A DNA stretch of 55,437 nt from Trueperaceae bacterium. GTDB taxonomy: Bacteria; Deinococcota; Deinococci; Deinococcales; Trueperaceae. Both the position numbers and the translations under genes were made by a program. Of this stretch, positions 30,714 through 39,800 are shown in pieces. The notes under the pieces were generated by a model that saw only the letters and a list, made by a program, of their open reading frames with translations, was not told where the DNA came from and ran no database searches. Each line of letters opens with the position of its first letter. Position 1 is the stretch's first letter. Location of the stretch: contig JBBDRK010000010.1 in NCBI GenBank assembly GCA_040905465.1, positions 1-55,437 of the forward strand, in the 5' to 3' direction.

Positions 30714-31124
30714 TCAACGGACCTCGTTGATTCGGATCAGGTCGCCGGCAGGATCGCGGACGGCGAAGTCGCGTCTCCCGTACGGCTGTTCGGTCGGCTC
30801 CTGGACGACCTCGGCGCCGCTGGCCTCCAGCCGCGCGAAGACGCCGTCGAGGTCCGGGGTGGCCAGGTTGATCATGGCGTAATTACCCTTGGCCATCATC
30901 TCGGCAATGGTGCGGCGCTCGTCGTCGGTGATTCCGGGGGAGGCGAACGGCGGGTACAGGACGATGGACGTGCCGGGCTGGTCCGCGGGGCCGACTGTAA
31001 TCCAGTGCATCCCCGCGTATTCGACGTCGTTGCGAACCTCGAATCCGAGAGTATCGCGGTAGAAGGTCAGGGAGGCGTCCGGGTCGTCGTGCGGGAGGAA
31101 GGTTTCAAAGATGGTTATGTTCAT
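30714..31124 (-). CDS. VOC/glyoxalase-family protein
   Basis: FLPHDDPDASL.FYRDTLGFEVRNDV...QEPTEQPYG.RD.A.RDPAG.LIRI. An alternative start lies at 31133. Confidence 0.9.
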   Translation of the reverse strand: MNITIFETFLPHDDPDASLTFYRDTLGFEVRNDVEYAGMHWITVGPADQPGTSIVLYPPFASPGITDDERRTIAEMMAKGNYAMINLATPDLDGVFARLEASGAEVVQEPTEQPYGRRDFAVRDPAGDLIRINEVR

Positions 31125-31129
31125 GGCAG

Positions 31130-31574
31130 TCATTCTAGCTGCGGCTCGGGGGCCGGCGCTTCTCGATTCCTGATCGGTCTGGTGACCTGCTTCGCCAGGC
31201 AGGGCGGCATCCCTGCCGTTGCCCGCGCCTCCCGGCGCCGATACTCTTGGCGGCACACCGACCAGTTCACTGAAGCGGGTGCTGAAGGTGCCCAGCGACG
31301 AGCAGCCCACCTCGAAGCAGACCTCGGTTACGCTGAGATCGCCATGACGCAAAAGCGCCATCGCCCGCTCGATGCGGCGCGTCATCAGATAGGCGTACGG
31401 CGATTCGCCGTAGGCGCGCCGGAACTGCCGGCTGAGGTGCCCGCTCGAAATGTTCACGCCACGGGCCAGCGCCTCTACATCCAGCGGTTGCGCGTACTCC
31501 CGGTCGATCCGGTCGCGGACGCGGCACAGTCGTGTGAGGTCGCGCAACCTCTGCCGGGCTGGTCTGCTGGTCAC
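31130..31574 (-). pseudogene. Small AraC-family regulator, frameshifted and now in frame with the VOC gene
   Basis: RVRDRIDREYAQPLDVEALARG...YGESPY.YLMTRRIERA...SLGTFSTRFSELVG. The expected C-terminus (YRR...MPPCLAKQVTRPIRNREA) lies in another frame, with the shift near 31243. Confidence 0.8.
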
Positions 31575-31688
31575 GGCGCTATCGTGCCACGTCACGCCCG
31601 GGTCGTCGAGCACCGCTGGGTACCCGCTGACTGGGCAGTCTTAGTTAGCCCTTGCGCTAACTGTTACTTTCTGTTTATACTTAGCCAA

Positions 31689-32033
31689 ATGGAAAAGCAT
31701 TCAGAGCAACTGAACAATATCTTCCAATCGCTCGCTGATCCTACTCGCCGGGCGGTGTTGGCACGGCTGGGCAAGGGCCCGGCCAGCATCAGCGAGCTGG
31801 CGCGGCCTACCGGCATGGCCTTGCCCTCCTTCCTGAAGCACGTTCGTTCTCTGGAGCGAAGCGGCTTGATCCGAACGCGAAAGGAAGGGCGAGTGCGCAC
31901 GTGCGTCATCGAGAAGCCGGCGTTCGCCGTGGTCGACACATGGCTCGCCGCGCAAAGGACCATCTGGGAAGGCCGCACAGACAGACTCGAGGAGTTCGTC
32001 ATCACAGCCCAGGAAAGGGAACTGTCGAAATGA
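31689..32033 (+). CDS. ArsR/SmtB-family regulator
   Basis: FQSLADPTRR...LERSGLIRTRKEGRVR...WEGRTDRLEEF. Leaderless promoter TTGCGC-18nt-TATACT-7nt-ATG. Confidence 0.9.
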   Translation: MEKHSEQLNNIFQSLADPTRRAVLARLGKGPASISELARPTGMALPSFLKHVRSLERSGLIRTRKEGRVRTCVIEKPAFAVVDTWLAAQRTIWEGRTDRLEEFVITAQERELSK

Positions 32034-32508
32034 GCAAACCGCTGAATTCCGATCTCGACCTGACGATTTCCCGCGTCATCAAGTCGTCCCGGCAAGCGAT
32101 CTGGAACGCCTGGACGGACCGCTCCAGCTTCGAGAAATGGTGGATTCCAGCTCCGGCCAAGTGCAGGGTCGTGGACATGGAGCTTCGTCCCGGCGGGTCA
32201 TTCGTGACACGGTAAGCGAGAACGGTGGCGATTTTGCGCCGCACCTGAGCGCCTGCTTTCTGGACGTCGAGGACGGCAAGCGGATCGTCTTCACGAACGC
32301 TCTCGTGGGCGGATGGAGACCCGCTGAGCAGCCCTTCATGACTGCGATCATCACATTGCAGGACCATCCTCAGGGCACCGAGTACGTTGCCTACGTGATG
32401 CACAAGAACAACGCCGATCGAAAAATGCACGAAGAACTGGGCTTCTACGACGGGTGGGGCACGGTCGTGGGGCAACTCGCCACGCTCGTCGAGACGTCGA
32501 CGCGGTAG
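32030..32508 (+). pseudogene. SRPBCC/AHSA1 protein with a 1-nt deletion
   Basis: The N-half (LDLTISRVI...WW.PAP...PGGSFVTR*) stops at 32213-15. The C-half (SENGGDF...HEELGFYDGWGT) is in another frame. The 479-nt span is not a multiple of 3. Confidence 0.87.
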
Positions 32509-32509
32509 G

Positions 32510-32875
32510 TCACCGATAGCGAATGGTGATTACACTGAGGTTCTGAGGCTCATAGTATTCGCCCCTAAATTTCTCTACCCACTTCATTTCGACGCGCCCC
32601 GGCATATTTCCGTACTGGTCCCACTCATATTCGTACTTAAGTCTTTCGCCGTCCCAATGAGAGGCTTCCAACAAGACCCAATTGTCCTGGCTGCAATCCG
32701 AACCGACCCTGTGCTCGTACACCCGAGTTTCGTACTGCATTCCAGAGGGCAGGAGCCTTACTTCAGCCTGCACACCCATGTTCGTGTAGCTGTAGCCGGT
32801 TACCCTAACTGTTTCGGACGCACCGTCCCTAGTCAAGGTCAGCAGGCAACCGCCGTCGCTGTATGAGATGTCCAC
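32510..32875 (-). CDS. Lower-GC hypothetical protein, probably 5'-truncated
   Basis: 121-codon ORF whose start overlaps the start of the hsdM remnant head-to-head. Confidence 0.5.
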   Translation of the reverse strand: MDISYSDGGCLLTLTRDGASETVRVTGYSYTNMGVQAEVRLLPSGMQYETRVYEHRVGSDCSQDNWVLLEASHWDGERLKYEYEWDQYGNMPGRVEMKWVEKFRGEYYEPQNLSVITIRYR

Positions 32876-33316
32876 ACTCTGCTACGTCTCCCAACTGGAA
32901 TGTTCTACGCTCAATGCGACAAGGCCAACGTCCTGTTTTTCGACCGTAAACCCGCTTCAGAGAAACCTTGGACGAAGAGACTCTGGATATATGACTTTCG
33001 CACGAATGTCCACTTGACTCTCAAGACGAATCCGCTGTCGAAGAAGCACCTTGAGAACTTCATCGAGTGCTATAAGCCTGAGGACCGTCAGCAGCGCGAG
33101 GAGGCCGAGCGGTTCAAGTCACTCGGTTACGACGAGCTTATTGCGCGGGATAAGGCGAACCTGGACATCTTCTGGCTTCGGGACGAAAGCCTTGAGGATT
33201 CAGAGAATCTTCCCGCACCAGAAGTACTGGCGGCGGAAATCGTGGAAAACCTAGAGGCAGCGTTGGAACAGTTTTCGTCCATACTTGACGACCTCACGGC
33301 TCCGTCAACCGAGTAA
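32867..33316 (+). pseudogene. hsdM: C-terminal remnant of a type I R-M methyltransferase subunit
   Basis: DVHTLLRLPTGMFYAQ..KANVLFFD...WIYDFRTN...LDIFWLRDESLED..NLP.PEVLA.EIVENLEAALEQF. The SAM-binding and NPPF motifs are absent, and there is an in-frame TGA at 32864. Confidence 0.88.
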
Positions 33317-33339
33317 CGTCATTTGGTACATTCACCTAG

Positions 33340-34254
33340 ATGCCCCCGAAGGCCAACTACAATTTCACGTCGACACACTTCCAAAGGAGCGTAGGTGAAG
33401 TTCATCTACCAACCTGGAAGGACTTCCTCGCATACGTCCACGAGAATTTGTCGATAGTCCCTGACCTTGTGTGGAGGGGGCAATGTTGTGAAAGCTGGCC
33501 ACTACAGCCGAGTCTGGACCGCGAGTTCAAGGCACTCAGAATGGACCCTTTCAGCGACGAGGCGGCGGCGACCGTGAGATTCGAACATCTACGACGCTTC
33601 AAGCTTGCCGCAAGGGGCCGACTGAATCCTCAAGAACTTGAAGAAAGAGTGCGCCTTGATGACCTCACCTCGTCTGACGAAGGAGAACCGCCAAACGGGA
33701 GCAACGAAAATGCACCACTAGGTCCTACCCATAAGGAACGAGAGCAAAACAACTGGTGGGCCGTCGGCCAACATCACGGACTCAGCACTCCCCTGCTCGA
33801 CTGGACTGCATCTCCATTTGTGGCTGCTTTTTTCGCATTCGCCGAAGAACTTAGAAGCTGTGACAATAGTGAGGGTAGGGCCATCTACGGTCTGAATCGA
33901 CCCCTCGTAGCACAGAAGTCTGACGAGATTCGTGAGAAGGACATAGGGAGCGCGCGCCCTCCCGTCGTAGACTTCGTGGAACCTCTATATAGGGACAATC
34001 CAAGATTGGTAAGTCAAGGAGGACTGTTTACCCGCTCCCCCAATGGTCAAGGTCTAGCTGAGTGGGTGGAAGAGAACTACAACGACGAGGACGAGGATTA
34101 CGTTCTGCTCCTGAAGCTCGTACTTCCAAACAAGAATCGCGAGTATATTCTCCGCTCACTAAATGCAATGAACATCAACCACCAGTCACTATTCCCCGAC
34201 CTATATGGAGCGACTGAGTTCGTAAACTTCAAGCTAAGGATTGATGATTACTAG
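33340..34254 (+). CDS. FRG-domain protein
   Basis: WRGQ....WPLQPSLDR, QHHGLSTPLLDWTASPFVAAFFA, NPRLVSQGGLF and L..MNINHQSLFPDLYG motifs. It has its own TGgTACATT-7nt-ATG promoter. Confidence 0.92.
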   Translation: MPPKANYNFTSTHFQRSVGEVHLPTWKDFLAYVHENLSIVPDLVWRGQCCESWPLQPSLDREFKALRMDPFSDEAAATVRFEHLRRFKLAARGRLNPQELEERVRLDDLTSSDEGEPPNGSNENAPLGPTHKEREQNNWWAVGQHHGLSTPLLDWTASPFVAAFFAFAEELRSCDNSEGRAIYGLNRPLVAQKSDEIREKDIGSARPPVVDFVEPLYRDNPRLVSQGGLFTRSPNGQGLAEWVEENYNDEDEDYVLLLKLVLPNKNREYILRSLNAMNINHQSLFPDLYGATEFVNFKLRIDDY

Positions 34255-34502
34255 CGACTTGGGACCAGCTTCTTAGCCGATGCTTCTCTTGAGTACGTAT
34301 CGACGTCGCGGATTCGTCCGTCACGTCCGTGGATGACTAAGGCAGAACGTTCCTTTTTCGCCACGGAACGCGCGGCCACAACAGCTTCTTTCTGCGTGTT
34401 ATAACCACGCGACCGAGCCGCTATCGTCTGCCCACTCGTCTTTACGAACCACTTGCCCTTGCTTTGGCTGAACACAACGTGCTTCGCCGCTCTCTTTGCC
34501 AT
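34251..34502 (-). CDS. DUF2188-family small protein
   Basis: HVV....GKW.VK......S..YNTQKEAV.AAR..AK.....LVIHGRDGRIRD.DTY. Confidence 0.88.
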   Translation of the reverse strand: MAKRAAKHVVFSQSKGKWFVKTSGQTIAARSRGYNTQKEAVVAARSVAKKERSALVIHGRDGRIRDVDTYSREASAKKLVPSR

Positions 34503-34669
34503 CCTGAGTTCAATATAGCCCAAGCCGAGGCGCCGCGTGTGTAAGTCGAGCGATAAAAGCCGCCGTTCAAGTTTGTGGGAGTACCCGTCTCTATAAGAAG
34601 CCCCCCTCTTCGATGCCTTACGGTTTATATCCAACAAATGAGCGCAAACAAATCTCGGTGGTCGGCTAG

Positions 34670-34689
34670 TGGTAGGCGAGGTAGGAATT
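34670..34689 (-). mobile_element. att-like degenerate copy of the tRNA-Val 3' end
   Basis: tggtaggcgaggtaggaatt versus tRNA tggtaggcgcgggcaggatt (34770-89): 15/20 identical, first 9 exact, same orientation. Confidence 0.5.
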
Positions 34690-34706
34690 ATCTTTAACAC
34701 TTCAAG

Positions 34707-34760
34707 AAGAATCCCCTCTCCGAGTTATTTAATAAAGTCCGTCAGTGAGGGGATTTTCTT
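34707..34760 (-). terminator. Inverted repeat just downstream of tRNA-Val
   Basis: Arms aatcccctc / gaggggatt with an AT-rich loop, followed by a T-rich tract on the minus strand. Confidence 0.55.
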
Positions 34761-34769
34761 TAACTTTGT

Positions 34770-34844
34770 TGGTAGGCGCGGGCAGGATTGAACTGCCGAC
34801 CTCTACAGTGTCAATGTAGCGCTCTCCCACTGAGCTACGCGCCT
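34770..34844 (-). tRNA. tRNA-Val(GAC)
   Basis: 75-nt cloverleaf AGGCGCGTAGCTCAGTGGGAGAGCG-CTACA-TTGACAC-TGTAG-...GTTCAATCC...GCGCCTACCA. Confidence 0.97.
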
Positions 34845-34932
34845 GTGCACTATGCCGGTACCGCTTCTTCCGTCGGAACTTCGCGGGCAAGCGAAGTATT
34901 CGCCGATCACGCCTGCGACAGTCCGAAGAACC

Positions 34933-34961
34933 ATTAAATCCAGTGGCGCCGCACTTGTCAA
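34933..34961 (-). promoter_or_regulatory. Promoter for tRNA-Val
   Basis: TTGACA-17nt-TTTAAT on the minus strand. Confidence 0.7.
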
Positions 34962-35144
34962 GCAACCGGGATGCCCGGAACCGCCGGGTCTACTGATCCC
35001 TAACTGAGCCGATGCCTCGAGAGGACCAGCTCCCCCGCCTGTTTGCGAGGTTGCCGACGCATTGGGACTCTCCACGAATAACGCAGGCCGTGCGACATCC
35101 CGACCTGCGTCAGTGCCGACCCGCGTTCGATCAGCTTGTCTCGG

Positions 35145-35219
<75 letters not shown>

Positions 35220-35231
35220 GAAGCAAAGGCG

Positions 35232-35261
35232 AATGTACCATGGAGACGTTCGCGGTGTCAA
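35232..35261 (-). promoter_or_regulatory. Promoter for tRNA-Cys
   Basis: TTGACA-18nt-TACATT with an extended -10 TG. Confidence 0.75.
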
Positions 35262-35368
35262 CGCGATATGAGCCAAAAATGCCGTGCTGCACGAGCGCCG
35301 CGGTCCGGCAGAACAGTTCCGGGGGCATATCTTGATCGAGCGATCAGGCCGTGAATCGCACGATGAGG

Positions 35369-36787
35369 TCAACCCCGCAGAGCGGCTCGAGCGGCGTGGT
35401 ATCCGCAGAGACCATGGACTCCCCCACCGGGCGGTGTCGACGAAGAACAGAGGTAGAGTCCGGGCCGCGAGGTGGCGTAGGGTACCCTGCGCAGCACCGG
35501 CCTGGTGAAAAGCTGCCCGAGGTCCTGTACCCCGCCGTTGATGTCGCCGCCCACGTAGTTCGGGTTGTACGCCTCCAGTTCGCTGGCGGTCCGCACGTGC
35601 CGAGCCAGGACCCGCCGCCCGAAGCCCGGCGCGAACCTCTCGATCTGTGCATCGATCTGCGCCGACACGTCCCGATTCGAGCCGTGCGGCACATGACAGT
35701 AAGCCCAGGCGGTGTGCTTGTCCGGCGGCGCGCGGGTCGGGTCGAACAGGGACTGCTGCGCCAGCAGGACGAACGGAGAGGCGCTGTGCCGGCCCCGCCA
35801 GATGCTTCTCTCCCCCGCAGCGATCTCCGCGAGCGTGCCCCCGAGGTGCACGCTCGCTGCCCGTCGGCACTCCGTTGCCGACCAGGGGATGACGTCGTCG
35901 AGTGCGTAGTCGACTTTGCAGACGCCGGGACCGTAGCGGTAACGCTCCAGTTGGCGCCGGTAACCGGGGCTCAAGCGGTGCCCGGCCAGGCGAACCAGTT
36001 GACGCGGAGTCACGTCGAGGAACACCAGGCGCGCGGGAGGGAGCTCGTCTACCGACTCGACCGGTCTACCGGTCTCGATGGCGCCACCCAGATCCGCCAG
36101 ATGCGAGGTGAGCGCCTTCGCCAGCGATTGCGAACCGCCCTCGACCAGGGGCCAGCCGGTAGTATGCCCCAGCATCCCGAGCATCAGCGCAAAGGCCGAG
36201 GTCGCCGGACGTTCGAGCGGCATGAGTGAGTGTGACGCCAGGCCCGCCAAGAGCGACCGTGCGCGAACCTCTCGGAAGAGCCCGCGCGCCAGAGCAGCGG
36301 CCGGCAGCAGCGCCGGCAGTCCGAAACGGGCGGCGGCCAACGGCCGCCGGGGCAGGCGCATTGGGCCCAGCAGGTCCCCGATCAGAGCTTCCTGGTCACG
36401 AACCAGTGGCGCCATGAGCCGCAGGTAGCGATGTCCGTCGACGCCCAGCCCCTCGGCCGTGGTCGCCGGCGAGCGCTCCAACAGCACTGCCTCGGCGCCG
36501 CCCAACGGGTGCGCCAGCGGCGCGGGCGGCGTGAGCCACCGCAGTCCGTGCGCGGCCAGCGGCAGGCAGCGGAAGAACGGCGAGGCGGCGGCAAGGGGCA
36601 GGATCGAAGCGCAGTCGTCGTGAACGAAGCCCGGTAGGGTGAGCTGGGACGACCTCAGTCCGCCTCCCGCTTCGTCGGCGGCTTCCAGCACGAGCACGGC
36701 GCACCCCTCCTGAGCCAGGGTGATCGCGGCCGCCAGTCCGTTCGGCCCGGAACCGACCACTACCGCGTCATACTCTCCTCCGGTCAC
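35369..36787 (-). CDS. Phytoene dehydrogenase-family FAD oxidoreductase
   Basis: DAVVVGSGPNGLAAA, GGGLRS..LTLPGF.HD.C, WAYCHVP, NPNYVGGDI and SSSTPPGGGVHG.CG motifs. Confidence 0.92.
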   Translation of the reverse strand: MTGGEYDAVVVGSGPNGLAAAITLAQEGCAVLVLEAADEAGGGLRSSQLTLPGFVHDDCASILPLAAASPFFRCLPLAAHGLRWLTPPAPLAHPLGGAEAVLLERSPATTAEGLGVDGHRYLRLMAPLVRDQEALIGDLLGPMRLPRRPLAAARFGLPALLPAAALARGLFREVRARSLLAGLASHSLMPLERPATSAFALMLGMLGHTTGWPLVEGGSQSLAKALTSHLADLGGAIETGRPVESVDELPPARLVFLDVTPRQLVRLAGHRLSPGYRRQLERYRYGPGVCKVDYALDDVIPWSATECRRAASVHLGGTLAEIAAGERSIWRGRHSASPFVLLAQQSLFDPTRAPPDKHTAWAYCHVPHGSNRDVSAQIDAQIERFAPGFGRRVLARHVRTASELEAYNPNYVGGDINGGVQDLGQLFTRPVLRRVPYATSRPGLYLCSSSTPPGGGVHGLCGYHAARAALRG

Positions 36788-36801
36788 GAGCCGTGCGCCA
36801 T
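36784..36801 (-). CDS. Putative leaderless 5-codon uORF (MAHGS) coupled to the oxidoreductase
   Basis: TATCCT (36813-08), 6 nt, then ATG GCG CAC GGC TCG TGA. The stop overlaps the downstream GTG start (GTGA). Confidence 0.45.
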   Translation of the reverse strand: MAHGS

Positions 36802-36878
36802 GGCGCGAGGATATCGCGACCCGGCCGAGCTGACCGCGACACATCCGGAGCGGCGGGTGGAGACGGTACCATTGAGGC

Positions 36879-39800
36879 ATGGCTCCCGAGCAGCGCAGTT
36901 TCGCCCACCTCCATCAGCACACCGCCTACAGCCTGCTGGACGGCGCCGCCCGAATAAAAGACCTGATTGCCTGGGCAAAAGAGGTGAGCCCGGAGAACCC
37001 GGCGGTCGCGATGACCGACCATGGCAACATGCACGGGGCGGTGGAGTTCTACAAGGCTGCCGAAGGTGCCGGGGTCAAGCCGATAATCGGGTTCGAGGCC
37101 TACGTAACGGCCGGTTCCAGGTTCGACCGTCGCAAGCCTTCCTCGAAGCTCGATGGGGGCTACTTCCATCTGACGCTCTTGGCAAAGAACTTCACCGGCT
37201 ACCGCAACCTTTGCAAGCTCAACTCGCGCGCCTGGCTGGAGGGCTTCTACATGAAGCCACGAGTCGACCATGAGCTGCTGCGTGAACACAGCGAAGGCGT
37301 GATCGCCCTGTCCGGCTGCCTCGGCGCGCAGATTCCCAGATCCGTCCTCGACATCGGTGAAGACGCCGGCGAGGATGCCCTGCGCCAATACCTCGACATC
37401 TTCGGCGAGGACTTCTTCATCGAGCTTCAGGACCACGGCCTGGAGGAACAGCGCCGCCTTAATCCGATACTGAAGTCGTTCGCGGAGCGCTTCGGCCTGG
37501 GGATGGTGGCTACCAACGACGGGCACTACGTACGCCGCGACGACGCAAGAGCCCACGAAGCGTTGCTCGCGATCCAGACCAAGACCGTCCTGTCGGATCC
37601 GAACCGCTTCAGGTTCCCTTGCGACGAGTTCTACGTCAAGACTCCGGAGGAGATGGCGGCGGTGATACCGGAGAGCGAGTATCCCGGTGCGCTGTCGAAC
37701 ACGCTGCGCGTCGCCGAAATGTGCGACGTCACTCTGCCGATCGGCGACAGGCGCATCTACCAGATGCCCGAGTTGCCGATTCCGGAGGGCCGCACCCTGG
37801 CCGAGCAGTTGCGGATTCATGCCTACCAGGGCCTGATGTCGCGCTACGCGCGAATCGACGAGGCGCTGTACCGGCAGTACCTGACGGTCGCGCGAGGCGT
37901 GGAGTCGCCGGCCACCGACGGGGAATCGTTTGAGACACGGACCTTAGAGACACTGACTTTAGAGACGGTGTTGCTGGAACTCGCCCGACTCGGAGAGCAA
38001 GGCCGGCGTTCCAAGTCGGCGGACGAGACCTACGACCGCTTCGAGTACCCGCATCTCGACGCTCTCCGTGGTCGATGCGAGGACCAGGATGCGGTCGAGA
38101 TCCTGGCGCGTGCCGAGTTCGAGCTGGGCGTGATCATCGCCATGGGATTCCCCGACTACTTCCTGATCGTCTCGGACTTCATCAACTGGGCGAAGGATCA
38201 GGCGATCGCCGTGGGACCCGGTCGTGGCTCCGGCGCGGGTTCGATCGTCGCGTTCGCGCTCCGGATCACCGACATCGACCCTCTCGAGTTCGATCTGCTG
38301 TTCGAGCGCTTCCTCAATCCGCACCGGATCAGCATGCCCGACTTCGACATCGACTTCTCCGACGTTCGCCGCGGCGAGGTGATCGACTACGTCCGTCGCA
38401 AGTACGGTGACGACCGCGTGGCCCACATCGCCACCTTCGGGACCATGGCATCACGGGCCGCTATCAAAGACGCCGCCCGGGTACTCGAAGCCCCGTTCGC
38501 CGACGCCGACAAGGTGAGCAAGCTGATCCCCGTGGTCTTCGGGCGTTCGGTGCCTATCGGTCGGGCACTCGAAGAGGTGCCGGAGATGCGCGAGCTCTAC
38601 GACGCCGGCGCTAAGGAGTACGTCGACGTCGCCCAGAGCCTCGAGGGTCTCACGCGGCACGCCTCGGTGCACGCTGCCGGCGTGATCATCTCACGCGATC
38701 CGGTGCAGGAGCTCGCCCCGGTGTTCCGCAGCGGAGACGGCCCGGTGGTCTGCCAGTACGACATGGGCTCGGTCGAGGAGCTCGGATTCCTGAAGATGGA
38801 CTTTCTCGGCCTGCGCACGCTGTCGTTCATCGAGGCGGCCGTGAAGATCGTCCGCGAGTCGCGTGGCGTGGAACTCGATCCCGACACTTTCCCGCCGGGA
38901 GACGAGAAGACCTTCGAACTGCTCTCGCGCGGCGACGCTGCCGGCGTGTTCCAGTTCGAGAGCCCCGGCATGATCGACACCCTCAAGAAGCTCAAGCCGC
39001 GGCGTATCCAGGACCTCATCGCCGTCTCGGCCCTCTACCGGCCCGGCCCGATGGAAAACATCCCCAGCTACATCCGCCGCCATCACGGCAGCGAGGACGT
39101 CAGCTTCGACGACTTCCCCGAGTCGCACGAGCTGCTGGAACCGATCCTCGAGGAGACCTACGGCATCCCCGTCTACCAGGAGCAGATCATGCAGATTGCC
39201 CAGGCGGTTGCCGGTTACTCACTGGGCGAGGCCGACCTCCTGCGCCGGGCCATGGGCAAGAAGAAGGTCTCCGAGATGGAGAAGCAGCGCAAGCTGTTCG
39301 AGGAGGGCGCCGCAGCCAAGGCGATCGGCAAGGCCGAGGCGAACCGTATCTTCGATCTGCTCGAGAAGTTTGCAAATTATGGGTTCAATAAGTCACATTC
39401 GGCCGCTTATGGGGTATTATCGTACCAAACAGCATACCTCAAAGCGCACTACCCTGTCGAGTTTACGGCTGCATTGCTCACCGTCGAACGGGCCAACTCC
39501 GATAAGGTGGCTCAGTACGTGGCCGACGCGCGCCACCTCGGAGTAGACGTCCTGCCGCCCGACATCAACGAGTCGCGCAACGACTTCACGCCGGTCGGCG
39601 AGGTCATCCGCTTCGGGCTGTACGGGATCAAGAACGTCGGCGACGCCGCCGTCGACCACATCCTCACCGAACGCGACCGGGCCGGGACGTTCAAGGATCT
39701 CTTCGACTTCTGCAAACGGATCGACTCCACGCTGGTGAACCGCCGCGCGTTGGAACACCTGATCAAGTCAGGCGCCTTCGACCGGCTCGGAGATCGCTCC

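Noticed and set aside
30684-32033. 449-aa ORF (and similarly extended starts at 1253, 5792, 15786, 21672, 41606, 42204, 52472, 53152) as fusion proteins
   Set aside because: The extensions run through neighbouring genes. Family N-termini and promoter or ribosome-binding signals indicate the shorter starts.
32205-32220. Programmed frameshift in the SRPBCC gene
   Set aside because: There is no slippery sequence or stimulatory structure. A single missing A (CGG ATA AGC) explains it.
37840-38110. Insertion in DnaE as a possible mini-intein
   Set aside because: It has no N-terminal Cys/Ser block or HN-C/S/T end, and it resembles the Deinococcota-type insertion after the PHP domain.
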